Assembly: GCA_963801355.1 (NCBI GenBank) | Contig: CAWDEM010000008.1 | Span: forward strand, 2,112,001-2,176,000 | Source: Ignavibacteriota bacterium | GTDB taxonomy: Bacteria > Bacteroidota > Ignavibacteria > UBA10030 > UBA6906 | Reading direction: 5' to 3' | Length of the DNA stretch: 64,000 nucleotides | In this document: positions 28,601-38,482 of the stretch, in pieces | How the letters are laid out: every line of letters starts with the position of its first letter | How positions within the stretch are numbered: position 1 is the stretch's first letter | The notes under the pieces: model-generated | Databases searched by the model: none | What the model was told of the DNA's origin: nothing | Seen by the model: only the letters and a program-made list of their open reading frames with translations | Position numbers and translations under genes: made by a program

Positions 28601-29297
28601 ACAGATCCTGCCAACCGTCATTATTCGCATCGAGGAAGTGGACATCCCAGGTCTCAAATGCCCGGCTGGTGTCGATGGCGAGATTTCCCGGGGCTGCTCC
28701 GATGCCCGCCCGGGTGAAGCCGGAGGGACCACCCTTCAGCAGCTCGATACCTTCGCCCCGCTTAAAGATGAAGCCATCGGCCCAGGTCGCCTGCTTGAAC
28801 CCCTGCCATGCCGCACTCAGGTAATTGCTGTGGTCGATATCCGCCACAGCCATGCCGGCGAAAACGCTCCCCGTGGGGACAGCCTTCGCAAGGTCGCCGG
28901 TCCCGGTTGCGAGAATATACACCCCGGCGCTGTCAAAAAACAAACCCGTCTGGGGATTGGCGCCATTTGTTGACCACAGATCAACAACGCCGTCGCCATT
29001 GATATCGGCCAGGAGTCCACCGACAGAGTTCACATTTCCTATGATGTTCGCTGTCTTTGTGGACGCCGCCGATGCGAATGACGTGATGTTGTTCAGCACA
29101 ATATTATTGGACGGAATGAAGACATCCAACGTACCGTCCCCGTTCACATCCGCCCAGGCGAAACCGCCGTTTGAAGCTCCTGATCTTGGAGAGACGGCCG
29201 GTCCGGAGGAGAACACGACTTCCTGCGCGACCGCCGCACCAAGCCCCAGCAAGAGGAGAAGCGCCCCCGCTGCGCTGAATCGTAAGAGCTTGTTCAT
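25662..29297 (-). CDS. FG-GAP / ASPIC-UnbV (CRTAC1-like) beta-propeller protein with Fn3 repeats, an inserted CBM-like domain and T9SS CTD
   Basis: Repeated DVNGDGTLD / DINGDGVVD / DANNDGWQD / DLNNDGNMD / DYNNDGIPD; NHWIGF...AIGA...VFGIG...VKWPDG; SPANxA..YYWRV Fn3 repeats; NYPNPFNP. Confidence 0.85.
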   Translation of the reverse strand: MNKLLRFSAAGALLLLLGLGAAVAQEVVFSSGPAVSPRSGASNGGFAWADVNGDGTLDVFIPSNNIVLNNITSFASAASTKTANIIGNVNSVGGLLADINGDGVVDLWSTNGANPQTGLFFDSAGVYILATGTGDLAKAVPTGSVFAGMAVADIDHSNYLSAAWQGFKQATWADGFIFKRGEGIELLKGGPSGFTRAGIGAAPGNLAIDTSRAFETWDVHFLDANNDGWQDLWMPSFRHGFRAFNGGSDTVGAKKGSILFLNDGTGKFYVPTAATLGRTLYALDSLSAGAFFARAVGDTGIIVDDTVHHFNAIGSQFGDLNNDGNMDLIMTGTEANNYDGLRRATNIVVVYGKGDGTFTFKWNGTNIVDAGLPTSGNIRAWDIGDYNNDGIPDVYASTTFGTTRLFRGNGNGTYTEVTNQDNVATAGGGRAGGFVDYNNDGFLDIYNYTGLNSVLQKNSGNSNHWIGFTPVGTGHNLNAIGALFTLYTQGGTFKQVRYIKAEGNAAGHGEPRAVFGIGINTSIDRVDVKWPDGTTATYPGLAVDRYWTIKQGSAIPGALTLLSPDDGATGKTIPVTLEWSAATNATGYRVQVSLDQTFANAKLLAIDATAATTTTSVTVGKATKYYWRVAATNGGFTSPWTSVRSFTTVGVAAAEVPIVVSPANKVLRNTIHNYNAAPVLKLVLPTGKTLANYGRFTFKGYFAQGDVGYKDIVVEAYQTMPTAQFANVAANKIGSWSRAQMGSTGWEDISVSIPNSSSLHDAIYVAFGINCAGTGDVGGTGVTTIWYADNVTLVDTTVTPNVGLSVNFESNSIGDPIAAIGWSPSDIQSVVARDPIGTGVTIQPANLTLAVNRTTDASRYHWQVSAQPTFTTFFVNDSTADTTFTAQFVGGQTFYLRVRGMNDLGASAFSAVSVFTIMTPPGRTTLVSPANNAQNVISDSVFFVWRPVSGAASYNLQVATVNATNTYATTDTMYRLNSLAKLTNYTWKVEAINAGGTSNYTGTFAFTTIVAAPAVPGAVLPASAAAGVNRLTRFVWNAVLNATKYRLQVATDAAFATIVADTTVPLDTTWTLRSPLIANSDYYWKVRAENLGGVSDYSTARLFTTGTVLAVEDLAEIPKVFGLMQNYPNPFNPSTNIRYDVPTSANVKLTIFDILGREVTTLVNNVQVAGKYVVQWDATRLATGVYIYRMEAQPVDGSSAFTSVKKLMLMK

Positions 29298-29422
29298 AAG
29301 GACCTCTGCTGCTGTTTGTTGATGGAGTGTTGTTGGTTAGAGGAGCTGCATCTTGCTTCGCTAGCAGTTGGACTTCCGTCCAAGTCACCTCCCTTCATAC
29401 TCTGCACAATCGTAGTGCATCA

Positions 29423-29468
29423 TCAAGGTCAACCTGTCCGACTCGAGGCCGGACAGGTCAACACTTGA
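29423..29468. terminator. Intergenic stem-loop (mRNA stabiliser or weak terminator)
   Basis: ACCTGTCCG-ACTCGAGGC-CGGACAGGT with imperfect TCAAG...CTTGA extension; no clear U-tract. Confidence 0.5.
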
Positions 29469-29476
29469 GGAAGAGG

Positions 29477-31270
29477 TTATTTCATGAACACCATCTTCTT
29501 GGTTATCGAGACACTTCCTGCTTGCAGCCTGTAGAAGTAGATGCCGCTCGAGAATCTGGTGGCGTCAAACGTCGCAGTGTGTTGCCCGGCATCCTGGACG
29601 CCTGAGAACAGCGTTGCCACTTCCATCCCCAGCACGTTGAAGACTCTCAACGTCACGTTGCTTTGCTGGGGAACCACGTAGCTGATTTGCGTCGTCGGAT
29701 TGAATGGATTTGGATAGTTCTGGCTGAGCTCAAACCCCAGAGGTGTCCCCGCGGCCTCCCCATCCACTCCTGTGGTGCCATTCGTCAGCCAATCGTTGAT
29801 GGTCTGATCCTCCAACGCAGCTTGGGCCTTCCAGTCCGTGTAGATGCTGGGGAAACTCTTCCACCATCGGGACAGATCTCCGAGCGGGAATCCTCCCATT
29901 CCGGCGGTCTTCAGCGTCGCGTTTGAGTACCTCAACTGTTCATTCATCGGCCATCTTTGATTGACGTCTGAATTGGGGTCAAATGCCCACGTCGTGTCGG
30001 AGTTGTCAGTCCACTTGCGCAACAGGAAGCTCTTGATCCCCACGATGTTTGTAGGGGGAATCAGGAATCCTGGATTCGTTGAATCATAGACGTTTTTCAG
30101 CGAGATGTAGGGCCAGACGGCCTTGTCATTGAAAAACCTCAACGTTTTTGCGCTCATGATAGGCTGCGGCTGCGGTATGTTTGCGTAGCTGGCTGTGTCG
30201 CTGTAGGAGTTGCCTCCCGTGGGATTGCTGGGACTCCTTGGCGCCATGTAATCTCTCAGCCATTGGTCCATGTAATAGCTATTATTGGCAAAGAGGATGT
30301 GTCTTTGGGATTCATTAAAGGGCACCGTGAAATTGAAATTCGGTGTCCCGATGCTGTCGATGTTCACTGTACCACCATTAGGGGTACTGCTGTCGGCTTC
30401 GGCGGTGTTACTGCCACCGGGGAGATGACCGAACATCCACGCGTTCACAAAAACACAGTTCGTCACTGACAGCCACCACCACCACCCTGATTCCAGAGTG
30501 AATTGTACAGTATTCAGGAACGTGCAATGGTTGAATTTAACATAATCTGCATATTCGGCGCCCTCCTGCATGTACACGTACCCCATATTCGCAAAGGTGG
30601 TGTTGATGAATGAGAGGCTGTCAATGTGCCAACCGGACGTGTTATAGATGAAGGACACAGCTCTCCCATAATACCGGAAGTGCGTGTCCGTGCAGTTCCG
30701 CCAGTAACAGTTTTCAAACGTGAGTCGGGCATGTGTCGCCTGCACCGTCACAGACCCGCCGCCTGGCCCTATCGGTGCGTAATCGAAGATCACATTGTCA
30801 AATTTCCCGACATTCACGTGGTCAGTTGTGTCCTCGTCTATCACAAACGCCGAGCCCACCTGCGTGCCAAGACCGTCAGTATTGGTCGTGGCATACAGGA
30901 GCCAGATGTTTTTCATGTAGACGTCGCCATAGCAATCGAAGTTGTACGTCGTGGTGACGCCGCTGCTCGCAGTCCAGCAGATCATCGGCGGGGCAGTATC
31001 CTGCGTGCCTCCCGGCTCCGGCGCGATGATCGTCAGCTTCGTGCCTGCAGGGACAGTGATTGTCGCTGTGAGAACGTACAGGCCGTACGGTTTCAGCCGG
31101 AACACCGTATTGGAAAGCGTGCCGGCATTGATTTTCGCCGTCACGGCATCGTTCAGGGTCCCTTCACCGTTCGTGAAGAAGTCCGGAACATCCACTGTAT
31201 CTGATTGAGCGAAAAGTACAACGGGGGCAAAGACCATCCACAAAACAAGCGCCCAGGCACAATTCTTCAT
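29477..31270 (-). CDS. Secreted beta-helix (pectin-lyase-like) protein with T9SS CTD, directly downstream of the TonB receptor
   Basis: Signal peptide; FDNVIFD, FENCYWRN, FINTTFAN, FNHCTFLN, VTNCVFVN rungs; GGFPLGDL; NYPNPFNP...KKMVFMK. Confidence 0.7.
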   Translation of the reverse strand: MKNCAWALVLWMVFAPVVLFAQSDTVDVPDFFTNGEGTLNDAVTAKINAGTLSNTVFRLKPYGLYVLTATITVPAGTKLTIIAPEPGGTQDTAPPMICWTASSGVTTTYNFDCYGDVYMKNIWLLYATTNTDGLGTQVGSAFVIDEDTTDHVNVGKFDNVIFDYAPIGPGGGSVTVQATHARLTFENCYWRNCTDTHFRYYGRAVSFIYNTSGWHIDSLSFINTTFANMGYVYMQEGAEYADYVKFNHCTFLNTVQFTLESGWWWWLSVTNCVFVNAWMFGHLPGGSNTAEADSSTPNGGTVNIDSIGTPNFNFTVPFNESQRHILFANNSYYMDQWLRDYMAPRSPSNPTGGNSYSDTASYANIPQPQPIMSAKTLRFFNDKAVWPYISLKNVYDSTNPGFLIPPTNIVGIKSFLLRKWTDNSDTTWAFDPNSDVNQRWPMNEQLRYSNATLKTAGMGGFPLGDLSRWWKSFPSIYTDWKAQAALEDQTINDWLTNGTTGVDGEAAGTPLGFELSQNYPNPFNPTTQISYVVPQQSNVTLRVFNVLGMEVATLFSGVQDAGQHTATFDATRFSSGIYFYRLQAGSVSITKKMVFMK

Positions 31271-31320
31271 GGCATACCTCCTGCTATGATGATTACTGAA
31301 TGCACGACTTCGAAAGTCTT

Positions 31321-34300
31321 CTACATACTGTACCTCAGCCCCAGGTTGGCCGTCAATCCGTAATGCTGCTGAATAGTGAACCCGTTGATCGAGGCCTGGG
31401 CCGATTCGTTCTTTCTGTTGTTCACATTGGTGATGTCGAGGAATATCTGCAGGCCGGTCACGGGGAGCTTTTGCCGCACCGAGGCATCGATCCGGAAGTA
31501 ATCCTTGGTGAAGCCGTCTTGCTCGGCAAATGCGCCGATGTTGCTGACAGAGTTCCCCTGGAACAGGAAGGACAAACGACCCGAGAATCCCTCGTAGTCA
31601 TACCCCACGTAGGCGTTCAACACATCATCAGGCTGGTTGATCAGTCGTCCGGGACGGTCTCGGTTGAGCAGTACGACTTTGGCGGTGCGGGGCGGAATGA
31701 TGATGGTGGTATCATTCCTCCAGGGATATGTTGCGCTTGACGAGATGTGTGTATAGTTGACCCCCAGCACTATTCCATTCAGGGGTTCCGGTAGGTACCA
31801 GAATCTCGTCTGCAGGTCTACTTCAAAGCCTCTTACAAACGCGGGGGATGGACTATTGGTGTACGTGTAGAGCTGCGCCCCGTCCTTGGGATGGACCGTG
31901 CCGCTGCCCGTACGCACGCTGTACGACATGATTGAGTCAAGCCCGTCCGGTTGCGTGGGGTGCAACGTGTATTGTGTAGCGTAGGTGAAATTTCTTACCT
32001 CCTTATAGAAGAACCCGACAGAGAAAAGCCCAAGCTCATTACTGTGAAACGTCAGGGCTACGTCGTGATTGATTGCCTCTGCCGGGACCAGCCTCGGGTT
32101 GCCGGCCCAGACATTGAACTGCGTATAGTCCATATTGAAGTGCGGTGAAAGCTGGTGGTAGTCGGGTCGGGCCAGGGTCTTTGTGTAGGAGTAGCGTATG
32201 TCGGCCCAGGGGAACACGTTGTATTTTGCCTGTACCATGGGGAGCAAGTAGCGATTTCCCGGATGGGCGAAGACTGTATCCACGGCCTGACGGGTCGCAT
32301 CGCGGCCATCGGCCAGATTGAAGGCGTCAAAATATGACCGGACTTCTTCCCATCGGACACCTCCCACGACCGACAGATCCTCGCCAAAATTCAGCGTCGA
32401 CATCAAAAAGCCGGCATAGTATTTCTCGATATACTTGTACTTGTTCGGCAGGCGCTGGTAGGGTCCGTCAAACCAACCGCCGGCGTTCGTGCCGGTACTG
32501 TTGATCGCGCTTAACGACGGATCACCCCGCAGCACGTCGACGATCCCGTTCAGGATGCCCGGATCACTCGCCCAGAGCACTCCCCCGAAACGGTTATCGA
32601 GGAAGGGGTCAAGAAGCGATGCATCCCCTGATGTGAAGTTTGTGCCCGGGAAACGTCCGGCCGCAGAATCCAGGACCAGACCGTATCGCTGCCGGATCGC
32701 ATTGATCATCTGAGTAGCGATCGCAGAACCCGCCGAGAGGCCTCCGTATGGAGTCCCCTGATCATTGGTGCGATGGTTGTAGCGAAACTCGCCGCCGAGC
32801 TTGACGGATCCCGATGCGATGTCTTCGTACGCGAATGGGATCTTGAAATCAGCCTTGTAGATCTGATCGTTTTCCTTGTAGTCGGCACTGAACAGGCTCA
32901 CGTTGTTGAGGTAGACTTTCGTCGGCGTCTGGTATCGCACAGCAGCCGACAGATCCTCTGGAATGGTATTCACCGGCGTGGCGCCCGGAATTGCCCCTGT
33001 GTAGCTCATGTCTGATTGAGGAGATCCCGGGGAAAAATTCCGGGAATACGTATTGGCAGCCTTGAGGTTCGCCGAAAAGAATCCAAAATCGTTCTCAAAC
33101 TCAAGAGAATTAACCGCCATGTCGGTCTTGGTCACTCCCTCCCGGTATCGGAAATTGACATTGTGAAACTGATAGTCCAGAATTGTCCGCCAGTCTTTCG
33201 CTTCGGAATTCAGCCGGCTGAGAACATTGGTCATCTTGATCGATCCGGAAGGAAGCCGGTAGTCAAGTATCAGGTTCCCACCGAAGCGTTCTCTGGTTTC
33301 CCGATGGCGGTTGAGCGTCACATTGGTCACAATGACGGGTCTGAAACCGTCCGGTTGGACGACACTGCTCTGGGGCGAATAACTGGCATTCATGTTGTCT
33401 GCGTCCCGGTCATAGTTCTCAGCGTTGCCCAGCACGTAGACCCCTAGGTCGCCATCAAGAAAACGGTCGCTGGCGGATGCAACAAATCTGTAGTTGCCAT
33501 ACTTGCCGCTTTTCGCCGTATAGCCTGTTTGGGCCAGAATGTCCCCCTTAAGTTCGTCCGGGGCCTCCCTGAGCTCCATATTGACATACCCGCCGATCGC
33601 GTTGGCATCCATGTCGGGAGTCAGGGACTTGTAGACCTCTACAGTTTTGATCATGTACGGCGTGATCATCGTGAGGTCGACACTTCTGTCTGTATTGATG
33701 GAACCAGATGTACCTCCCTGGGAAGCTGCCCCTATCTGCGTGCTTCCCGTCGACGCAAGCGTAATACCGCCCACAGCCACAACATTGTACTGGGGAGCCA
33801 GTCCCCGGATCACCACCTTATTGGCTTCTCCGGAACTCTGCAGCGTCGATACCCCCGGCAATCGGCTGATCGCCTGCGCCGCGTTGAAATCCGGCAGCTC
33901 CTGGATCTTCGCCTCTGAGACCACGCTCACGATCTTATCCGACGAGAGTTGCTGGTTGATCGCCTGCAGTTGCCCCTGCGCCTGCGCGGTCACGAGAAAC
34001 TCCTCACCTTCTATGGTCGTTCCCGTGAGGAAGAAGTCCTGCGTGAGTGTCCCATCCTCTGGGACGTTCACCACGAGCGTAGTCGAAGTGTACCCGACGT
34101 AAGCAACCACCAGAGTCTGCCGGCCGGCCGGCACATTGCGGATCATGTACGCGCCGTCGAGGTTGGTTGCTGCCCCGACACTGGTGCCTTTGACGACGAC
34201 GTTTGCGCCGGGCAAGCCATCCTTGGTGGCCTTGTCGTATACCGTGCCTTTGACTGTTCCCGACGCGGCGAGAACTTGAGTCGTGAAGATGGAGAGCAAT

Positions 34301-34371
34301 CCAGCAACGAACAACCCCCTCCAGGCATGGAGACGACCGGTGCGGATGGTCAGACCAGATAAGTGTTTCAT
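31321..34371 (-). CDS. TonB-dependent transporter of the xylan locus
   Basis: LPGANVVVKGT...G(A)ATNLDG, IQELPDFNAAQAISRLPGVS...VVIRGL, EVYKSLTPDMDANAIGG, TLARPDY, GNPRLVP, C-terminal LGLRY; start at ATG 34371 after GGAG. Confidence 0.93.
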   Translation of the reverse strand: MKHLSGLTIRTGRLHAWRGLFVAGLLSIFTTQVLAASGTVKGTVYDKATKDGLPGANVVVKGTSVGAATNLDGAYMIRNVPAGRQTLVVAYVGYTSTTLVVNVPEDGTLTQDFFLTGTTIEGEEFLVTAQAQGQLQAINQQLSSDKIVSVVSEAKIQELPDFNAAQAISRLPGVSTLQSSGEANKVVIRGLAPQYNVVAVGGITLASTGSTQIGAASQGGTSGSINTDRSVDLTMITPYMIKTVEVYKSLTPDMDANAIGGYVNMELREAPDELKGDILAQTGYTAKSGKYGNYRFVASASDRFLDGDLGVYVLGNAENYDRDADNMNASYSPQSSVVQPDGFRPVIVTNVTLNRHRETRERFGGNLILDYRLPSGSIKMTNVLSRLNSEAKDWRTILDYQFHNVNFRYREGVTKTDMAVNSLEFENDFGFFSANLKAANTYSRNFSPGSPQSDMSYTGAIPGATPVNTIPEDLSAAVRYQTPTKVYLNNVSLFSADYKENDQIYKADFKIPFAYEDIASGSVKLGGEFRYNHRTNDQGTPYGGLSAGSAIATQMINAIRQRYGLVLDSAAGRFPGTNFTSGDASLLDPFLDNRFGGVLWASDPGILNGIVDVLRGDPSLSAINSTGTNAGGWFDGPYQRLPNKYKYIEKYYAGFLMSTLNFGEDLSVVGGVRWEEVRSYFDAFNLADGRDATRQAVDTVFAHPGNRYLLPMVQAKYNVFPWADIRYSYTKTLARPDYHQLSPHFNMDYTQFNVWAGNPRLVPAEAINHDVALTFHSNELGLFSVGFFYKEVRNFTYATQYTLHPTQPDGLDSIMSYSVRTGSGTVHPKDGAQLYTYTNSPSPAFVRGFEVDLQTRFWYLPEPLNGIVLGVNYTHISSSATYPWRNDTTIIIPPRTAKVVLLNRDRPGRLINQPDDVLNAYVGYDYEGFSGRLSFLFQGNSVSNIGAFAEQDGFTKDYFRIDASVRQKLPVTGLQIFLDITNVNNRKNESAQASINGFTIQQHYGLTANLGLRYSM

Positions 34372-34499
34372 ATACGTTTCTCCGTCCGATGTCCTACATT
34401 GTGCAATGCCTGCTCGCGGAGCAATTGTTCTCTTCGGGAAACCCGGCGCGTGCAGACACGCAGGCAGCGCCGTGACCGCAATCGCCCGGGTCGACACTG

Positions 34500-35819
34500 T
34501 CATTGTATGTACGCATTGATGATGTTTTCCAGCATTTCCTGACGGCCGCTCTGGAGTACCGGCTGCGGCTGCGAGAGGACCCATTGCTCTACGTCGCCGA
34601 GCCCCGCTGTTCCAGCCATGATGCGAGCACCAATGCCGGACTGAAAGCTGCTGTACCTTTCGGCGATGAAAGTGCTGAGCACCTTGTCGTCAATGATCCG
34701 CTGTGCAATGAGCAGTCCCCTGGCGAATGCATCCATGCCGCCGATGTGCGCATGGAACAGGTCCACCGGGTCGGTGGAGCTGCGGCGCACCTTGGCATCG
34801 AAATTCAGTCCGCCTGAGCCCAGCCCGTTCTGATTCAGTATGATGATCATCGCCATAGTGGTGCTGTAGAGATCCGTGGGGAATTGATCCGTGTCCCAGC
34901 CGAGTAACAGGTCGCCGCGGTTGGCATCGACACTCCCCAGCTTCCCGGCCGCCGACGCAACCGCAAGCTCGTGTTCGAAGGAATGCCCGGCGAGTGTTGC
35001 GTGGTTGGCCTCGATGTTGAGCTTGAAGTCATCAAGCAAATCATATTGCCGGAGAAAATTCAACGTGGCCGCCGCATCGGAATCGTACTGGTGTTTTGTG
35101 GGCTCCTGAGGCTTGGGCTCGATGAGGAACTGGCCGCCAAAACCGATCTGCCGTTTGTAATCGACCGCCATGTGGAGAAAACGGGCCATCTGCTCCTGCT
35201 CTCTCTTCATGTCCGTATTGAGCAGCGTTTCATACCCTTCCCGTCCCCCCCAGAACACGTAGTTTTCACCCCCGAGTTCCCGCGTGGCATCAAGGGCATT
35301 CTTCACCTGCGCCGCCGCGAGCGCCATGACATGCGCATTCGGACTGGTTGCAGCACCCTGCGAGTACAGGGCATTGCTGAAAAGGTTCGCCGTCCCCCAG
35401 AGCACCTTGATACCGGTCTCCTTCTGAAGCTGCTTCGCCATCTGCACAATTGCTTCGAGATTGCGGCACGTCTCGGCAAAGGTCGCCCCTGCCGGGGCGA
35501 TATCCCTGTCGTGGAAGCAATAATAGTCGACACCCAGCTTCTGCAGAAACTCGAACGCTGCCTCCAGCGTCGCTTTCGCGCGGTCGAGCGGACCAGCCGC
35601 AGCACGCCATTCCCGGGCAAAACTCGGACCTCCGAACATGTCGGTGCCGTCCCCCATCATCGTATGCCAGTAGGCAACAGAGAACCGCAGGTGCTCCGCC
35701 ATGGTCTTGTTCCCCACCCGACGGGTCCTGTCGTAGTACTTGAACGCAAGCGGATTTCTGGAATCCTTGCCTTCAAAGGGGATCGGCTTCTCAACGCCTC
35801 GAAAATACGTGCTCTGCAT
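34500..35819 (-). CDS. xylA: Xylose isomerase (class II)
   Basis: [81 protein letters not shown]; GGAGGT spacing favours ATG 35819. Confidence 0.97.
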   Translation of the reverse strand: MQSTYFRGVEKPIPFEGKDSRNPLAFKYYDRTRRVGNKTMAEHLRFSVAYWHTMMGDGTDMFGGPSFAREWRAAAGPLDRAKATLEAAFEFLQKLGVDYYCFHDRDIAPAGATFAETCRNLEAIVQMAKQLQKETGIKVLWGTANLFSNALYSQGAATSPNAHVMALAAAQVKNALDATRELGGENYVFWGGREGYETLLNTDMKREQEQMARFLHMAVDYKRQIGFGGQFLIEPKPQEPTKHQYDSDAAATLNFLRQYDLLDDFKLNIEANHATLAGHSFEHELAVASAAGKLGSVDANRGDLLLGWDTDQFPTDLYSTTMAMIIILNQNGLGSGGLNFDAKVRRSSTDPVDLFHAHIGGMDAFARGLLIAQRIIDDKVLSTFIAERYSSFQSGIGARIMAGTAGLGDVEQWVLSQPQPVLQSGRQEMLENIINAYIQ

Positions 35820-35899
35820 ATTCATACCTCCCTGTAGTTCGTATCAATGGAGACCACTCGTTCCCGGCAACGTCTCCGATCACGCGCAGTCCTGTCTTT

Positions 35900-38434
35900 T
35901 TACTTCATGAGGTCAGTGACAAACGAGTGCAATCGCTGTGGGTCTATTTTCTTGGATCCTGTTTGTCCTTGAAGTTCCTTAACGTGTTGTATCACGATAT
36001 GCGTCAAAATCGCGCCCGGTCTTGGATACGCAGCAACGATATAGTGGGGCTCTTTGGTCAATTCTCCTTCTTCTTTTTCGAACTCAGCCCTGAGGTTATC
36101 CGGGGTTATCAAGGAATTGGCGTGCTTGAAGACAACCTTATCCATGACTGCATACACTTCTTTGCTCTCCTTGACCAGCCCGTAGTAATCAAGTAGTTGC
36201 GCAAAAACATAGTTCGACGTCGTGTAGACGTCCTTTCCCTGATCCGATTCCACCGGTCCACCATCCTCTGTTCGGGCCATAGACCACCCCATGGGGGTCC
36301 GGTTATTCCTGTAGATTGTCTTGAGGATTCTCTTAGCCCTCTCCTCGGAGATAAAAGGCTCTTCTCCCATTGCGATCAATGACCACAAGGCATCCAGTTG
36401 ATTGGTCCAGACATCCGTGTTCGTCTTCCCCGTGACAGGATCGTGGCAGGTGACATAGTACTGCAGCCTCCGGCCGCTCTTGTTCTTGTGGTCTCGCCAT
36501 AATTTCTCGAATATCACGGAGGCCTTCCTGAAGCTCTCTTCACACTGCTTTCTGGCAGGTTCATCATTCATCAATTCGGCCATTCTGATCATGGCTTGAC
36601 AACCGGCGATGAAGATGGTCGCATCATAGGCATCGACGCCGAACAGGGTGATATTGTCAAAGGTATTCTTCACTTCGTGGGGATTTCCCTCCGGCACGCC
36701 GTCTCCATCGATATCAAGCTCTTGCACATGTTCAAATCCAAATTTCAATGTGTCCCAGTTCTTCTTCAGAAAATCAATGTCACCAAGGAATTTGACGTTG
36801 CGCAGTACGCGTAGTGCCAGCTTGGGGAAGAGATCCACCCAATAGTTATTGTTGTACCAGGCGTAGTCACTGACGTTACGCAAGGCATGCCCTTTCGGCA
36901 ACGCGCCCAGGTCATGCGCGACACTCCCCTTGATCTTGAAAGCATCTCGTATCTGGGTCAGCGACATGCCTTCGTATTCCCCCGGATGCTCTTCGAAATG
37001 CTTTCTGGCCTCAACAAAAGATGCGTGGTGATGATAATAACGCTGTGTGAGATCTTCCGCCAGAATCGAATCAACAAACCGCTGGCAGAGTTCCTGTTCT
37101 ACATGGGGAAAGAGGATAAGCAACACCATCGAATACCAATCGACATCCGATGGATTGATATAGGCATAGTCAAAACATTCCAGGAACCTGGCAACATCAT
37201 TGCCATTGCCGTCTTCAATCCATACTGCGGCATTGGACAATGGAAAACTGAACTCGTTGAAAACTAACCTTGCGAGTCTTCGTGCACCTGCCGTATCGTT
37301 TTTGTAGGAGGGACTTTTCAGTATGGATTCAAGGATCCTGCCCTGGATTGTTGATGTCCGGCTCAGCCATGCAGGATAATTGTCAAGGGCGACTTTTGCC
37401 ATGTCCATCGCCCTGGTTTCGCCGTGCGCAAAGCTTCTGACGTACTTGCGTTCAAACGTCTTCCCGTCAATGTACCGCTGCTGCGGAAAGTCCAAGCCGA
37501 TGGCGACCGGTATTGTTAGTGTGGCTTTGGGTTTCAGTGTAAAGGTAAGACTTACCGCTGCTCCATAATCTTGACTGGCTAACGGTTTCCTCTTCTCGTA
37601 GAAACTTCCATCATCGTTCAACAACAAATCCTGTTTCAGCCTGTTCAGGCAGAAGTACGGTTGCACATCTACTTTCACCCCCTGCATTTCCGGCACAGCA
37701 ATAACCATCTTGTCTGCGCACTCGCTGCTTCCCATGACCACTCCCTTGGTGGCCGCATGACTGAACGCTTCGTGCACATGGCCCTTCACAGGTGCCGAGC
37801 ATACGTACACAGTGTCCTGATCTGTCGGCTTTAGTTCCTTTTCCTGAAGATTTACCAGAGACGGCCTGGGGATCACCAGTGTAATTTGTTGATCTTTGTG
37901 TGAACTGTTCTTTACCTCATATTCCTCCACCCCGATGGGTATGAGCGCCTGCACATTTCCGCATAAGAAGGGAGAAACCACTCTTCTTATCACTTTGAGC
38001 TTTCCCAGGGTATATGCCAGCTCCGCTAAAGGCGTCGCAAGAGAAATTGAGGTCTGCTTTTCAGAGAGTGCTGGATGATAATAATTCTTCAAGGCAGGTA
38101 CGTCATCAGGACTTTCTGCCGCCTCGGGATCTTTTGTGGTGAGCATAACACATCTGCCGCCAACGCAGATAAATGGTGCAGAGCCCAATTGAACGGCATT
38201 TTGATTTAGCAAGACCAGCCTGCCGGCATCATTCAATCTATTGTAGAGACCATAGGGAGATATGCCTATCGAGCACGTAGGAGCACCTTGAAGAGCGATG
38301 GTGTGCGGGAACTGAAGGGTCTTCGACATTCCCTGAAAATGCACCAACATCTTGTTCTTGACATAGATCTCGGATATTTGCGATCCTGAGATCGTGAAGA
38401 TGTCACTTATCTTCAAACCATGCGACCCGGGCAT
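35900..38434 (-). CDS. GH116-like glycosidase, cytoplasmic
   Basis: FLECFDYAYINPSDV (nucleophile region), VAHDLG, WVDLFPK, DIDGDGVPE, NTFDN...G.DAY (acid/base region), TNQL; no signal peptide. Confidence 0.75.
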   Translation of the reverse strand: MPGSHGLKISDIFTISGSQISEIYVKNKMLVHFQGMSKTLQFPHTIALQGAPTCSIGISPYGLYNRLNDAGRLVLLNQNAVQLGSAPFICVGGRCVMLTTKDPEAAESPDDVPALKNYYHPALSEKQTSISLATPLAELAYTLGKLKVIRRVVSPFLCGNVQALIPIGVEEYEVKNSSHKDQQITLVIPRPSLVNLQEKELKPTDQDTVYVCSAPVKGHVHEAFSHAATKGVVMGSSECADKMVIAVPEMQGVKVDVQPYFCLNRLKQDLLLNDDGSFYEKRKPLASQDYGAAVSLTFTLKPKATLTIPVAIGLDFPQQRYIDGKTFERKYVRSFAHGETRAMDMAKVALDNYPAWLSRTSTIQGRILESILKSPSYKNDTAGARRLARLVFNEFSFPLSNAAVWIEDGNGNDVARFLECFDYAYINPSDVDWYSMVLLILFPHVEQELCQRFVDSILAEDLTQRYYHHHASFVEARKHFEEHPGEYEGMSLTQIRDAFKIKGSVAHDLGALPKGHALRNVSDYAWYNNNYWVDLFPKLALRVLRNVKFLGDIDFLKKNWDTLKFGFEHVQELDIDGDGVPEGNPHEVKNTFDNITLFGVDAYDATIFIAGCQAMIRMAELMNDEPARKQCEESFRKASVIFEKLWRDHKNKSGRRLQYYVTCHDPVTGKTNTDVWTNQLDALWSLIAMGEEPFISEERAKRILKTIYRNNRTPMGWSMARTEDGGPVESDQGKDVYTTSNYVFAQLLDYYGLVKESKEVYAVMDKVVFKHANSLITPDNLRAEFEKEEGELTKEPHYIVAAYPRPGAILTHIVIQHVKELQGQTGSKKIDPQRLHSFVTDLMK

Positions 38435-38482
38435 AACGTATTTCCTCCATTCACTGTCACGGCAAAGAAGGTCCCTGCACGA

